This document shows positions 55,102 through 64,000 of a stretch of 64,000 nt of DNA, one piece after another. The stretch lies in the NCBI GenBank assembly GCA_903872075.1, contig CAIQJF010000004.1:94307-158306 (forward strand), in the 5' to 3' direction. The translations under genes were made by a program, and so were the position numbers. Under the pieces are notes generated by a model. It saw only the letters and a list, made by a program, of their open reading frames with translations. It searched no databases and had not been told where the DNA came from. The DNA comes from an uncultured Caulobacteraceae bacterium. Lineage in GTDB: Bacteria; Pseudomonadota; Alphaproteobacteria; Caulobacterales; Caulobacteraceae. Position 1 is the first letter of the stretch. The number at the start of each line of letters is the position of its first letter.

Positions 55102-55881
55102 ATGGATCCCGTCCCCCACCTGAGCCGCTCCGTGGCCGGCAAGGTCGTCCTGGTCACCGGCGCCGCCAGCGGCATGGGCCGCGCCACGGCCCATGTGTTC
55201 GCCCGCGAGGGGGCGAAGGTGGCCGTCACCGACCGGCGGCTCGAGGACGCCGAGGCCGTGGCGGCGGACATCCGCGCCGAGGGCGGCGAGGCCAAGGCCT
55301 GGGCGTTCGACGTGGGAGACGCGGCGACGATCGCGCGCCTGGTGCCGGAAATGGCCGACCACTTCGGCGGCCTGGACGTGGTGGTGAACAACGCCGGGGT
55401 GTCCGGTTTCCGCCGGATCGACGATCCCGCCTACGACGAGATGTGGGACTGGCAGTTTCCGATCCTGCTGGCGGCGCACCAGCGGATCATCCGCGCGGCC
55501 CTCCCCTATCTGCGCAAGTCCGAGAGCCCGCGCATCGTCAACATCGCCTCCACCGAGGCCCTGGGCGCCACGGCCATGGACAGCATCTATTCGGCCGCCA
55601 AGGCCGGGGTGACCGGCCTGACCCGGGCCCTGGCCGTGGAGCTGGGCCGCGAAGGGATCACCGTCAACTGCGTCTGTCCGGGCCCGATCCGCACCGGCAT
55701 GACCGCGGGGATTTCGGACGAGCACAAGACCATCTTCGCCAAACGCCGCACGGCCATGGGCCGCTATGGCAATCCCGAAGAGGTGGCGCATGTGACCTTG
55801 AGTCTCTGCCTGCCGGCGGCGTCCTACATCACCGGCGTCACCATCCCCGTGGACGGCGGGCTGATGGCGCGGAACGCCTGA
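55102..55881 (+). CDS. SDR oxidoreductase (FabG-like)
   Basis: [12 protein letters not shown] and YSAAK motifs. Confidence 0.9.
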   Translation: MDPVPHLSRSVAGKVVLVTGAASGMGRATAHVFAREGAKVAVTDRRLEDAEAVAADIRAEGGEAKAWAFDVGDAATIARLVPEMADHFGGLDVVVNNAGVSGFRRIDDPAYDEMWDWQFPILLAAHQRIIRAALPYLRKSESPRIVNIASTEALGATAMDSIYSAAKAGVTGLTRALAVELGREGITVNCVCPGPIRTGMTAGISDEHKTIFAKRRTAMGRYGNPEEVAHVTLSLCLPAASYITGVTIPVDGGLMARNA

Positions 55882-55918
55882 CGGTTCCAACCCAAGGGAG
55901 GGCGCGCTCGGCGAGGTC

Positions 55919-56665
55919 TCAGTGCTGCCCGCCGTCGACGCGCACCAGGGACGCGGTCGTGAAGGACGAGGCGGGACTGGCCAGATAGAGGGCGGCGGTG
56001 ACGATTTCCTCGGGACGGCCCGGACGGCCGAGGGCGTTGTCGGAGGTCTGGCGGGCCTCTTCGGTCCAGGCCTTGGCGATGTCCGTGAGGAAGGGCCCGG
56101 GCGAGATGGTGTTCACCCGCACCTTCGGGCCGTATTCGTGCGCCAGGGAGACGGTCATGGCGTTGAGCGCCGCCTTGGCGCCGCCATAGGTGATCACCTG
56201 TGGCAGGGGGACGAGCGCGCCGCTGGAGGAGATGTTGATGATCACCCCGCCGTCGCCGTCATGCATGCGCTTGGCGACCTGGGAGGCAAGGCGGAAGGGA
56301 CCCTTGAAATTCAGATTCATGACGCTGTCGAACAGCGACTCGGTGACCTCATGCGAGGGCACGCGCGGCGACATGCCGGCGTTGTTGACCAGGATATCGA
56401 CGCGGCCGAACTCGGCGTAGGCGACCTCCACCAGCCGGTCGAGATCGTCCCAGCGGCCGGCGTGGACGCTGACCGCCAGAGCCCGGCGGCCCAGGGCGCG
56501 GACTTCCTCGGCCACGGCCTCGCAGGCGTCGAGCTTGCGGCTGGCGATGATCACGTCGGCGCCGCGCTCGGCGAAGGCCTTGACCATGCGCAGGCCGAGG
56601 CCCCGGCTGCCGCCGGTGATCAGGGCGATCTTGCCGGTGAGGTCGAAAAGCGGATCGATGGTCAT
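55919..56665 (-). CDS. SDR oxidoreductase
   Basis: TGGSRGLG, NNAG and YGGAK motifs. Confidence 0.9.
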   Translation of the reverse strand: MTIDPLFDLTGKIALITGGSRGLGLRMVKAFAERGADVIIASRKLDACEAVAEEVRALGRRALAVSVHAGRWDDLDRLVEVAYAEFGRVDILVNNAGMSPRVPSHEVTESLFDSVMNLNFKGPFRLASQVAKRMHDGDGGVIINISSSGALVPLPQVITYGGAKAALNAMTVSLAHEYGPKVRVNTISPGPFLTDIAKAWTEEARQTSDNALGRPGRPEEIVTAALYLASPASSFTTASLVRVDGGQH

Positions 56666-56802
56666 GGGCGGGGTCCTCCGGGGCAGTTTGTTGGCCTTCT
56701 GGCGCCCCTGTTCGCGCGAATGGCCCCCGCACCGCAAGTCTATTGAGGCCGGGAAGCGGCGTGTATGGTCCTGTTCGGGACGAGACGGCCGAGGGCGTGA
56801 CC

Positions 56803-57981
56803 ATGAGCGAACTGGACGACCTGCGGGTCCACGGCGAAACCCGCGTCGGCTGGTGCGCCGCCACGCCGCCCAACGAGTTCGTGGACGCGGAGGGCCGCCC
56901 GGTGATCGCCAAGCCGCCGTTCGGCGATCCCGATCCGCGCGCGCCGGCCAGCCGGTCGCCCGACCATCCCGATGTCCTGGCGCTGCGCGAGACGCTCCGG
57001 GCCAACAACGGCCTTCGCGGGCTGGAGATCGTCCAGCCGCACGAGGTGGAGCGGGCGGCGAAGATCTTCTTCCGGGACGGCTTCGTGGTGGTGGACGGCC
57101 TGCTCGATCCGGTCCGGCTGGAGCGTTTCCGCGCCGCCAGCGCCCGGCGCCTGCGCGACATCCTGGAGATTCCGGGCGAGGGCGGGCGCAAATATGTCAC
57201 CGAGTCCGGCCGCCTGCCCCATCGCTACAGCTACGGCACCTCCTCGGCCTCGCGGCAGCTGCTGGACGATGCCGACTGGGCGGCGATGATCGACCTGCCC
57301 ACCACCACCCCGATCCTGGAGCGGATCTTCGGCGGCGACGACTACAACGTCATCGGCGCGGGCGGCGATCTGTGCCTGCCGGGCGCGATCGAGTACCAGG
57401 GCCTTCACGCCGACTTCCAGGGCGACTGGAGCCTGCCGGTGGAGCGGATCAAGTCCGCCGAGCGGTTGGGGGTGAAGCCGCGGTACGACACGGCGACCGG
57501 CGAGATGGACGCCCAGAGCCGGCAGCTGATCTTCGAGCGCACGCCGCCGCATGTGACGATCAACTTCCTGATGTCGGACCTCACCTGGGAGAACGGGCCC
57601 ATCCGTCAGATTCCCGGCACCCAGACCCGGGCGCAGAAGCCCCCCTCCCAGGCCGAGGAGCCGGACTGGATGCGCTGGTCCACCCTGGTGGGCGCGAAGG
57701 CGGGAGCCGGCGTGTTCCGTGACAACCGCGCCTGGCACGGGGCCACACCCAATCTGTCGCGCGAAATCCGCGCGATGCCCAACGTGGAATACGGCGGTCC
57801 CTGGGTCGATACGGCCACGTTCGCCGGCACGATGCCGCACGACGTTTGGGAGGCCCTGCCGCCGCAGGCCCAGCGCCTGGCCCGGGCAATCAAGACCGCG
57901 CCGGGGGTCTGGCCGGCCGGCGCCGGGGTGATGCATCCCCTGCGCGCCAGGCGGCTGGAGGCCAAGGCCGCCCTCGCCTAG
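56803..57981 (+). CDS. Phytanoyl-CoA dioxygenase (PhyH) family protein
   Basis: LHAD, ENGPIRQIPGT and DNRAWHG (HxD...H triad). Confidence 0.75.
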   Translation: MSELDDLRVHGETRVGWCAATPPNEFVDAEGRPVIAKPPFGDPDPRAPASRSPDHPDVLALRETLRANNGLRGLEIVQPHEVERAAKIFFRDGFVVVDGLLDPVRLERFRAASARRLRDILEIPGEGGRKYVTESGRLPHRYSYGTSSASRQLLDDADWAAMIDLPTTTPILERIFGGDDYNVIGAGGDLCLPGAIEYQGLHADFQGDWSLPVERIKSAERLGVKPRYDTATGEMDAQSRQLIFERTPPHVTINFLMSDLTWENGPIRQIPGTQTRAQKPPSQAEEPDWMRWSTLVGAKAGAGVFRDNRAWHGATPNLSREIRAMPNVEYGGPWVDTATFAGTMPHDVWEALPPQAQRLARAIKTAPGVWPAGAGVMHPLRARRLEAKAALA

Positions 57982-58056
57982 GCTGGGCGCCTGTGGCAGA
58001 CTTGTCGGGCGGGCGCGCGGGCTGGCGCACCGGATTTTTCCAGGGGGAGACAGGCG

Positions 58057-58455
58057 ATGAGACAGCTGTTCGCGGCCGCCGCCGCCATAGCGACGATCCT
58101 GGCCGCCGGGACGCCGGCTGTCGCCGATGATGCGTCCGGCCGCTGGCATGTGGCCGGCCATATCGCCGGCAAGGACTTCACTCTGGACTGCAGGTTCACC
58201 CAGGGCGGCGCCGGCCTGACGGGCGCCTGTGTCGACGGTCCGACTGGCGACAAGAACATCAAGGGCGGTCGCTCTCACCCGGTGATCAAGAGCCAGGTGG
58301 CCGGCGAGAAGGTCAGCTTCACCTATGAAACGAACAAGGCGTTCTTCTACTTCAAGGTGGACTACGTGGGCGTCCGCAAAGGCGACCACATGACCGGCCA
58401 GATCAACGCCGTGGGCAACACCGGCAATTTCACCGCCGACCGCACCGGCTCCTGA
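58057..58455 (+). CDS. Small secreted beta-rich hypothetical protein
   Basis: Signal peptide ending AVA; two Cys; RBS upstream. Confidence 0.75.
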   Translation: MRQLFAAAAAIATILAAGTPAVADDASGRWHVAGHIAGKDFTLDCRFTQGGAGLTGACVDGPTGDKNIKGGRSHPVIKSQVAGEKVSFTYETNKAFFYFKVDYVGVRKGDHMTGQINAVGNTGNFTADRTGS

Positions 58456-58469
58456 AGGACAAGACCGTC

Positions 58470-59336
58470 ATGGATCGTTTGAAAGGCCGCGTGGCGGTCG
58501 TCACCGGCGCCTGCTCCGGAATCGGGCTAGGCACGGTGGAGTTGTTCGTGTCCGAAGGCGCGCGCGTGATCGCCGCCGACATCCAGGACGACAAGGGCGC
58601 GGCCCTGGCGGCGCGCTATGACGGCCAGGTGGTGTTTCAGCATTGCGACGTGATGTCGGAAACCGACATCGCCGCGACGATGCAGGCGGCCGTGGACGCC
58701 TTCGGCCGGCTGGACATCCTGTTCAACAACGCCGGGGCCGGCGGCTCGCCCCAGACCATCGCCGAAATGACCGGCGAGGCCTGGGACTTCAGCCAGAATC
58801 TGCTGCTGCGCTCGGTGGCGCTGGGAATCCGCTACGCAATTCCGCACATGAAGTCGGTGGGGGGCGGGTCGATCATCAACACCGCCTCCATCGCCGGCAC
58901 TCAGGCCGGCGCCGGGCCGATCGCCTATTCGGTGGCCAAGGCGGCGGTGATCCACCTGACGACCTGCGCAGCGGCCGAACTCGGCCGCGACGGCATCCGG
59001 GTCAACGCCATCTGCCCCGGCCTGATCCTGACCGAGATTTTCACCCCCGCGGCAAACGTCCCCGAAGGTCTGGCGAAGATCATCAAGGATTCCATGCGTC
59101 AGAACGCCCACAACGCCCAGCCGATCGCCAAGCCCGGCCTACCCGTCGACATCGCCAAGGCCTGCCTGTTCTTCGCCAGCGACGATTCCGAGTTCGTCAC
59201 CGGCACACACCTGCTGGTGGACGGCGGCATGCATGTGGGTCCGCGCACCGCCTGGGATCCCGAGGCCCGCGCCGAACGCACCCGCATGATGGAGGAACGC
59301 CGCGCGGCCTGGGAGCGGAGCCAGGCGGAGACCTGA
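58470..59336 (+). CDS. SDR oxidoreductase
   Basis: TGACSGIG, NNAG and YSVAK motifs. Confidence 0.9.
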   Translation: MDRLKGRVAVVTGACSGIGLGTVELFVSEGARVIAADIQDDKGAALAARYDGQVVFQHCDVMSETDIAATMQAAVDAFGRLDILFNNAGAGGSPQTIAEMTGEAWDFSQNLLLRSVALGIRYAIPHMKSVGGGSIINTASIAGTQAGAGPIAYSVAKAAVIHLTTCAAAELGRDGIRVNAICPGLILTEIFTPAANVPEGLAKIIKDSMRQNAHNAQPIAKPGLPVDIAKACLFFASDDSEFVTGTHLLVDGGMHVGPRTAWDPEARAERTRMMEERRAAWERSQAET

Positions 59337-59431
59337 CGCAACGGCGCCGGGGCCGGCGCACGTTTTCTCCTGGACGGGCGGCGCCGGCCACGGTTGAAAG
59401 GCGCCGACTTCATCCACCCGAGGCGACGGCC

Positions 59432-60640
59432 ATGAGCGAGATCGATCCCAAGGACCTGGCGGCCTACGCCGAAACGGCCGACGCCTGGTTCCGCGAGAAC
59501 GTGGTCCGTGATCCCGGCTTCATGCTGCCGCTCACCTTCATGGAAGTAGGCACCGATCAGCAGTTCCACTTCCTGCAGGACTGGCAGCACAAGGTCTGGG
59601 AGGCCGGCTATCTCGGCGCGGCCTGGCCGCAGGCCTATGGCGGCCGCGGCCTGGACCAGGCGTTCCAGAACGAGGCCACCAAGGCCATGCGCCGGCATGG
59701 CGGGCCGATCATGCTCAACGCCATCGGCATCAACTGGGCCGGCCCCCTGCTGCTCGACATCGGCTCGGAGGCTCACAAGCAGACATATCTCAAGGGCATC
59801 GTCTCGGCCGAGGACATCTGGTGCCAGGGCTTCTCCGAGCCTGAGCACGGCTCCGACCTGGGCTCAGCCCAGACGCGCGCTGTGCGCGACGGCGACAGCT
59901 ATGTGCTGAACGGCTCGAAGATCTGGACCACCCTCGGCCGCCACGCGAAATACATGATCCTGCTGTGCCGTACCGATCCGTCGGCGGGGCGCAAATACGA
60001 CGGCCTCTCCTTCATCCTTACCCCCATGACCGTGCCGGGTGTGCGCACCGTGCCGATCCGTAAGCTGACCGGCGAGCACGGTTTCACCCAGACCTTCTTC
60101 ACCGACGCCCGCGTCCCGGCCGAGGGACTGGTGGGAAAGGAAGGCGAAGGCTGGCGGGTCGCCATGCGCACTCTCGAATATGAGCGCGGCGCGCGGGGCG
60201 GCCAAGCCGGCGGCTATGTGTCGGTGGGGTCAGACGCCTTCGAAGTGGTAGAGATGGCCAAGCGCATGGAGCGGGCGGGCGCGCCGGCTCTGGACGATCC
60301 GCTGATCCGCGACCGGATGGTGGAGTTCATGATCGAGATTCAGTCCATGTCGCTGTGCCGGCAGCGGTTGGCCGTTCCGGCCCTCAACACCGACCATCCG
60401 GCCGGCCTGCCGCTGAGCTTCAAGCTGATGGCCACCGAGTTCGGCCGGCGGGTGAACGAATTCGCCGTCAGCCTGACCGGCGCGCGCGGCGCCTATTACG
60501 TCGGTGACGAGCGGGCGGTGGACGACGGAATCTGGACCCGTGCCTATCTCAACGCCTTCTCCGGCACCATCGGCGGCGGCACCAGCCAGATCCAGCACAA
60601 CATCATCGGCGAACACGTCCTTGGCCTGCCCAAGAGCTGA
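59432..60640 (+). CDS. Acyl-CoA dehydrogenase (FAD-binding subunit of a probable alpha2beta2 pair)
   Basis: WCQGFSEPEHGSDL, NGSKIWT, LEYER and TIGGGTSQIQHNII motifs. Confidence 0.9.
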   Translation: MSEIDPKDLAAYAETADAWFRENVVRDPGFMLPLTFMEVGTDQQFHFLQDWQHKVWEAGYLGAAWPQAYGGRGLDQAFQNEATKAMRRHGGPIMLNAIGINWAGPLLLDIGSEAHKQTYLKGIVSAEDIWCQGFSEPEHGSDLGSAQTRAVRDGDSYVLNGSKIWTTLGRHAKYMILLCRTDPSAGRKYDGLSFILTPMTVPGVRTVPIRKLTGEHGFTQTFFTDARVPAEGLVGKEGEGWRVAMRTLEYERGARGGQAGGYVSVGSDAFEVVEMAKRMERAGAPALDDPLIRDRMVEFMIEIQSMSLCRQRLAVPALNTDHPAGLPLSFKLMATEFGRRVNEFAVSLTGARGAYYVGDERAVDDGIWTRAYLNAFSGTIGGGTSQIQHNIIGEHVLGLPKS

Positions 60641-60661
60641 CGGCGGCGCGGGAACAGCACA

Positions 60662-61798
60662 GTGAGTACGATCATGCAGGATCTGGGCCGCGTCGGCTTC
60701 AGCGAGGAGCAGGGCAGCCTGCTGGAGGTGGCGACGACCTTCTGCCGGGAGCAGTCGCCCATCGCCAAGGTGCGCCGCCTGATGGAGGACGAGACCGGCC
60801 ACGATCCGGCGGTCTGGACGCAGATCGCCGAACTGGGCTGGCTGGGGGTGGCGATTCCCGAGGATTTCGGCGGCTCGGGCCTGGGCCTCGCCGAGGTCGC
60901 GCCGATCATGGAGCAGATGGGCCGCAATCTGCTCTCCACCGCCTTCGCCAGCACCACGCTGGCCGCCCAGGCGCTGATCGCGGGCGGCACGGACGCGCAG
61001 CGTCAGGCCTGGCTGCCGAAGCTGGCCACGGGGACCGCAGCCACCATGGCCCTGGTGGAAGCCGGCGGCGACTGGAACCTGGAGGTCGTCGCCTGCGAAG
61101 CGCAGGAGGCCGGCGCGGGCCGGATCCGGCTCTCGGGCCAGAAGTTCCTGGTCAGCGACGCGGCGGCGGCCGAAGCGATCATCACCAGCGTAATGTGGCG
61201 CGGGAAGCCGGCCCTGGTGCTGATCCCGGCCACGGCCTTGCCGGACGGCGCCCTGCGCCGCGAGACGATCATTGACGAGACGCGGCGGGCCTACGCCCTC
61301 AGCCTGGACGGGATCGACCTGGCCCTCGACGCGCTTCTGGACACGGACCTGGCCTCGGCCACGCTGGCCCATGTCCACCTGGCCGCCAACCTGCTGGCGG
61401 CGGCGGAGATGTGCGGCGGGACCCAGGCGGCCATCGATCTCACGGTGGAGTACGCCAAGACCCGCAAACAGTTCGGCCAGCCGATCGGGGCCTATCAGGG
61501 GGTGAAGCACCCACTGGTGGACGCCTATGTGCAGTATGAGCAGGCCCGCTCGCACCTCTACGCAGCCGCCCATTGCTTCGGCGAACAGGGGACCGGCGAG
61601 ATCGCCGTGCGCATGGCCAAGGCCACCGCCGACGCCGTCTTCGCCTTCGCCTCGGACCGGGCGATCCAGTTTCACGGCGGTTTCGGCTTCACCTGGGACT
61701 GCGACGCCCAGCTCTATCGCCGCCGCGCTATCTGGCATGCCTCGCAGTATGGCGACGCCGCCTGGCACCGCCGCAAGCTTGCCGACCTGCTACTGTAG
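60662..61798 (+). CDS. Acyl-CoA dehydrogenase (partner subunit)
   Basis: GTG start; ELGWLG, RKQFGQPIGAYQ and HGGFGFTW motifs; lacks the canonical TEP..GSD. Confidence 0.85.
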   Translation: MSTIMQDLGRVGFSEEQGSLLEVATTFCREQSPIAKVRRLMEDETGHDPAVWTQIAELGWLGVAIPEDFGGSGLGLAEVAPIMEQMGRNLLSTAFASTTLAAQALIAGGTDAQRQAWLPKLATGTAATMALVEAGGDWNLEVVACEAQEAGAGRIRLSGQKFLVSDAAAAEAIITSVMWRGKPALVLIPATALPDGALRRETIIDETRRAYALSLDGIDLALDALLDTDLASATLAHVHLAANLLAAAEMCGGTQAAIDLTVEYAKTRKQFGQPIGAYQGVKHPLVDAYVQYEQARSHLYAAAHCFGEQGTGEIAVRMAKATADAVFAFASDRAIQFHGGFGFTWDCDAQLYRRRAIWHASQYGDAAWHRRKLADLLL

Positions 61799-61824
61799 TC
61801 GAGAAACGCCGGAGGAGACGACCC

Positions 61825-63276
61825 ATGACCGCCCTGCACTTCCAATCGGCCACGGCCATCGCCCGGGCCATCCGCGACGGCGACATCACTGCCCGCGCGG
61901 CCCTGGAGCATTTCCTGGACCGGGTCGACCGGCTGAACGGGCCGATCAACGCCGTCATCGTTCAGGATCGCGAGGGCGCCCGGGCCCGGGCCGACGCGGC
62001 GGACGCGGCGCGGGTCGCGGGCGCGGCGCTGGGTCCACTGCAAGGCCTGCCGATGACCATCAAGGAGAGCTATCAGTTCGCCGGCACGGCGACGACCTAC
62101 GGCATCCCGCAGATGAAGGACAATGTCACCCAGGACACCGCTCTCGCGATCCAGCGCCTGGCGGCGGCCGGCGCCAATGTGTTCGGCAAGACCAACGTCC
62201 CGATCCGCCTGGCCGACTTCCAGAGCTACAACGACATCTACGGGACCACGAACAATCCCTGGGACCACGGACGCACCCCGGGCGGCTCCTCCGGCGGGTC
62301 GGCGGCGGCCCTGGCCGCGGGCCTGACCGGCCTCGAGATGGGCAGCGATATCGGCGGGTCGATCCGCAACCCGGCGCACTTCTGCGGCGTGTTCGGCCAC
62401 AAGGGCACCTGGAACCTGATCCCGCCGCGCGGTCACGCCCTCGACGACAGCGTCACCCCCACCGACATCTCCGTGGTCGGCCCCCTCGCCCGTTCCGCCT
62501 TCGACCTGGAGCTGGCGCTGAAACTGACCGCGGGGCCGGACCTGATCGAGACCCCGGGCCTGAAGCTGGACCTGCCGGCTCTGGAGGGTCCGCTTTCCGG
62601 CCTGAAGATCGCGATCTGGGCCTCGGCCGATCCCTTCTGCCCGACCTCGGCGGGCGTCGGCGCACGGATCCAGGCTGTGGCCGACGCCCTGGGCAGGGCT
62701 GGCGCTCAGGTGAGTGACAAGGCGCGCCCGGACATTTCGCCGGAGCACACCCACACGGTCTTTTCCGCCCTGCTGTCGGCGGCCATGGCCGCGCGCCTGC
62801 CAGAGGATGACTTCCGGCGGCGGATCGCCAAGGCCGACGGCGCCGCGGCCGACGACATGAGCCCGGCGGTCGTCCAGGCGCGCTGGCAGACACTGCGCGT
62901 GCGAGACTGGTCCACGCTCAACGAACAGCGCAACCAGCTACGCTGGGCCTGGCGGCGGTTCTTCGACGACGTCGACTTCCTGATCACTCCGGTGATGCCG
63001 GTCACCGCCTTCCCGCACGATCACGGGCCGGAGGGCTCGCGGGTGATCGACGTGGATGGCCGCACCGTCCCCTATTTCAACCAGACGTTCTGGGCGGGTC
63101 TGGCCGGGGTTGTCTACCTCCCGGCCACGGTGTTCCCCGCCGGCCTGGCCACGGACGGCCTGCCCGTGGGCCTGCAGATCATCGGCCCGGCCTATGGCGA
63201 CCTGCGCACCATCCAGCTCGCCCAGCGGCTGGAACAGCTCGGCTTCGGATTTGTGGCGCCGAAGGGCTTCGACTGA
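61825..63276 (+). CDS. Amidase-signature family enzyme
   Basis: ATG 61825 after GGAGGAG; TIKE, GGSSGGS and GSDIGGSIR motifs. Confidence 0.95.
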   Translation: MTALHFQSATAIARAIRDGDITARAALEHFLDRVDRLNGPINAVIVQDREGARARADAADAARVAGAALGPLQGLPMTIKESYQFAGTATTYGIPQMKDNVTQDTALAIQRLAAAGANVFGKTNVPIRLADFQSYNDIYGTTNNPWDHGRTPGGSSGGSAAALAAGLTGLEMGSDIGGSIRNPAHFCGVFGHKGTWNLIPPRGHALDDSVTPTDISVVGPLARSAFDLELALKLTAGPDLIETPGLKLDLPALEGPLSGLKIAIWASADPFCPTSAGVGARIQAVADALGRAGAQVSDKARPDISPEHTHTVFSALLSAAMAARLPEDDFRRRIAKADGAAADDMSPAVVQARWQTLRVRDWSTLNEQRNQLRWAWRRFFDDVDFLITPVMPVTAFPHDHGPEGSRVIDVDGRTVPYFNQTFWAGLAGVVYLPATVFPAGLATDGLPVGLQIIGPAYGDLRTIQLAQRLEQLGFGFVAPKGFD

Positions 63277-63326
63277 TTGGGGTCCAGGCCACACCGGGGA
63301 CAGCGGGGGGGCCGAGACGCCTGACG

Positions 63327-63364
63327 TTGACACAGCCTATGTAGCCTACTTAAGTAGGCTACAT
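63327..63364 (+). promoter_or_regulatory. Sigma70-type promoter overlapped by a perfect 26-bp palindromic operator
   Basis: TTGACA at 63327-63332; ATGTAGCCTACTT/AAGTAGGCTACAT at 63339-63364 covers the -10 region. Confidence 0.8.
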
Positions 63365-63394
63365 GTTGGTTGCCGTTACCGGAGAGCTTCCGCT

Positions 63395-63808
63395 GTGAAC
63401 AGCAAATACGCCCCCTTGGGACCCTATCTGAAAGCCAGAGCCACGGCGGAGGTCCCGATGTCGTTCTCCGATATCGAAGCCGTGATCGGCGCCGCCCTGC
63501 CGCCCAAGGCGGTCAATCACCCCGCTTGGTGGAGCAACAACACCTCGAACAACACCATGACCCAGATCTGGCTCGACGCCGGGTTCCGCACCGAGCGGGT
63601 AGATGTGGGCGCCCGCAGGATCGTCTTCCGGAGGGTCGGACAACCGCCGCAGCCGCCCCGCGAATCGGCGCGTCCCGCCGCGCAGGCTGCGGATGGGGGC
63701 GGTCTGCTGTCCCGCGTGCGGGCGGCTCTCGCGGGCACCGTCCGCGTCACTCCAGATGTCGATCTCACCGCGCCGACGGGCGAGATCTGGGACGCGGACT
63801 CGATCTAG
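63395..63808 (+). CDS. Putative antitoxin: DUF7662-like N-terminal domain plus Phd-type toxin-binding tail
   Basis: KYAPLGPYL...SFSDIEAVIG..LP...WWSN...W..AGF pattern; tail LAGTVRVTPDVDLTAPTGEIWDA; TAGTG overlap with the PIN gene. Confidence 0.7.
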   Translation: MNSKYAPLGPYLKARATAEVPMSFSDIEAVIGAALPPKAVNHPAWWSNNTSNNTMTQIWLDAGFRTERVDVGARRIVFRRVGQPPQPPRESARPAAQAADGGGLLSRVRAALAGTVRVTPDVDLTAPTGEIWDADSI

Positions 63809-64000
63809 TGCGCCCGATCCTGCTGGACACCTGCGCTGCCATCTGGATATCGCAGGCCGATTCTCTCACGGATGAGGCGGAGAGAGCGCTGGCCGAGGCT
63901 GACACAGCGCCCGGCGGGGTCCTGGTCTCTCCGATCACGGCCTGGGAAATCGGCATTCTGGTCGCTCGGGGACGCATCGCGCTCTCACGCGACCCCGCGG
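63808..64000 (+). CDS. vapC: PIN-domain (VapC) toxin, truncated by the window edge
   Basis: GTG 63808: VRPILLDTCAAIW...VSPITAWEIG. Confidence 0.85.
   Translation, partial: MRPILLDTCAAIWISQADSLTDEAERALAEADTAPGGVLVSPITAWEIGILVARGRIALSRDPA

Noticed and set aside
1-64000. Many long ORFs in the six-frame track (e.g. 2415-3821, 19708-21285, 24213-26717, 30681-32750, 36094-38103, 43582-46071)
   Set aside because: They are antisense or off-frame shadows of motif-bearing genes; stop-poor frames are expected at this GC content, and the translations are Arg/Gly/Pro-rich with no motifs
1-64000. rRNA, tRNA, riboswitch, prophage or integrase genes
   Set aside because: None recognised by eye; intergenic regions are short; a tRNAscan/Infernal run would be needed to exclude small RNAs

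Overview
High-GC alphaproteobacterial chromosomal window. The gene content, codon style and palindromic intergenic repeats suggest Caulobacteraceae (Phenylobacterium/Caulobacter-like); this placement is inference. About 55 genes are dominated by lipid, CoA-ester and amide catabolism: three acyl-CoA synthetases, four acyl-CoA dehydrogenases, four SDRs, two amidases, an lvaABC-like 4-hydroxyacyl-CoA kinase cluster, and a GntR-controlled TonB receptor/hydantoinase/isochorismatase/HMG-CoA-lyase/CoA-transferase cluster. ABC and MFS transporters are also present. Accessory DNA comprises three RNase toxin-antitoxin modules, a lower-GC islet at about 14.7-17.6 kb and a two-gene triple-PASTA module. 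The islet holds an IS1202-type remnant beside an xrs/dif-like site, a stand-alone wHTH + PD-(D/E)XK nuclease and an AT-rich secreted ORFan. Four clusters of REP-like hairpin repeats show compensatory stem changes. Several lesions are visible: a nonsense codon in an amidase, a 313-bp tandem duplication whose copies differ almost only at synonymous sites, a diverged duplicate of an ABC gene 3' end, and two deletion scars. No rRNA, tRNA or CRISPR array was recognised. Functions come from motif recognition by eye; no searches were run.
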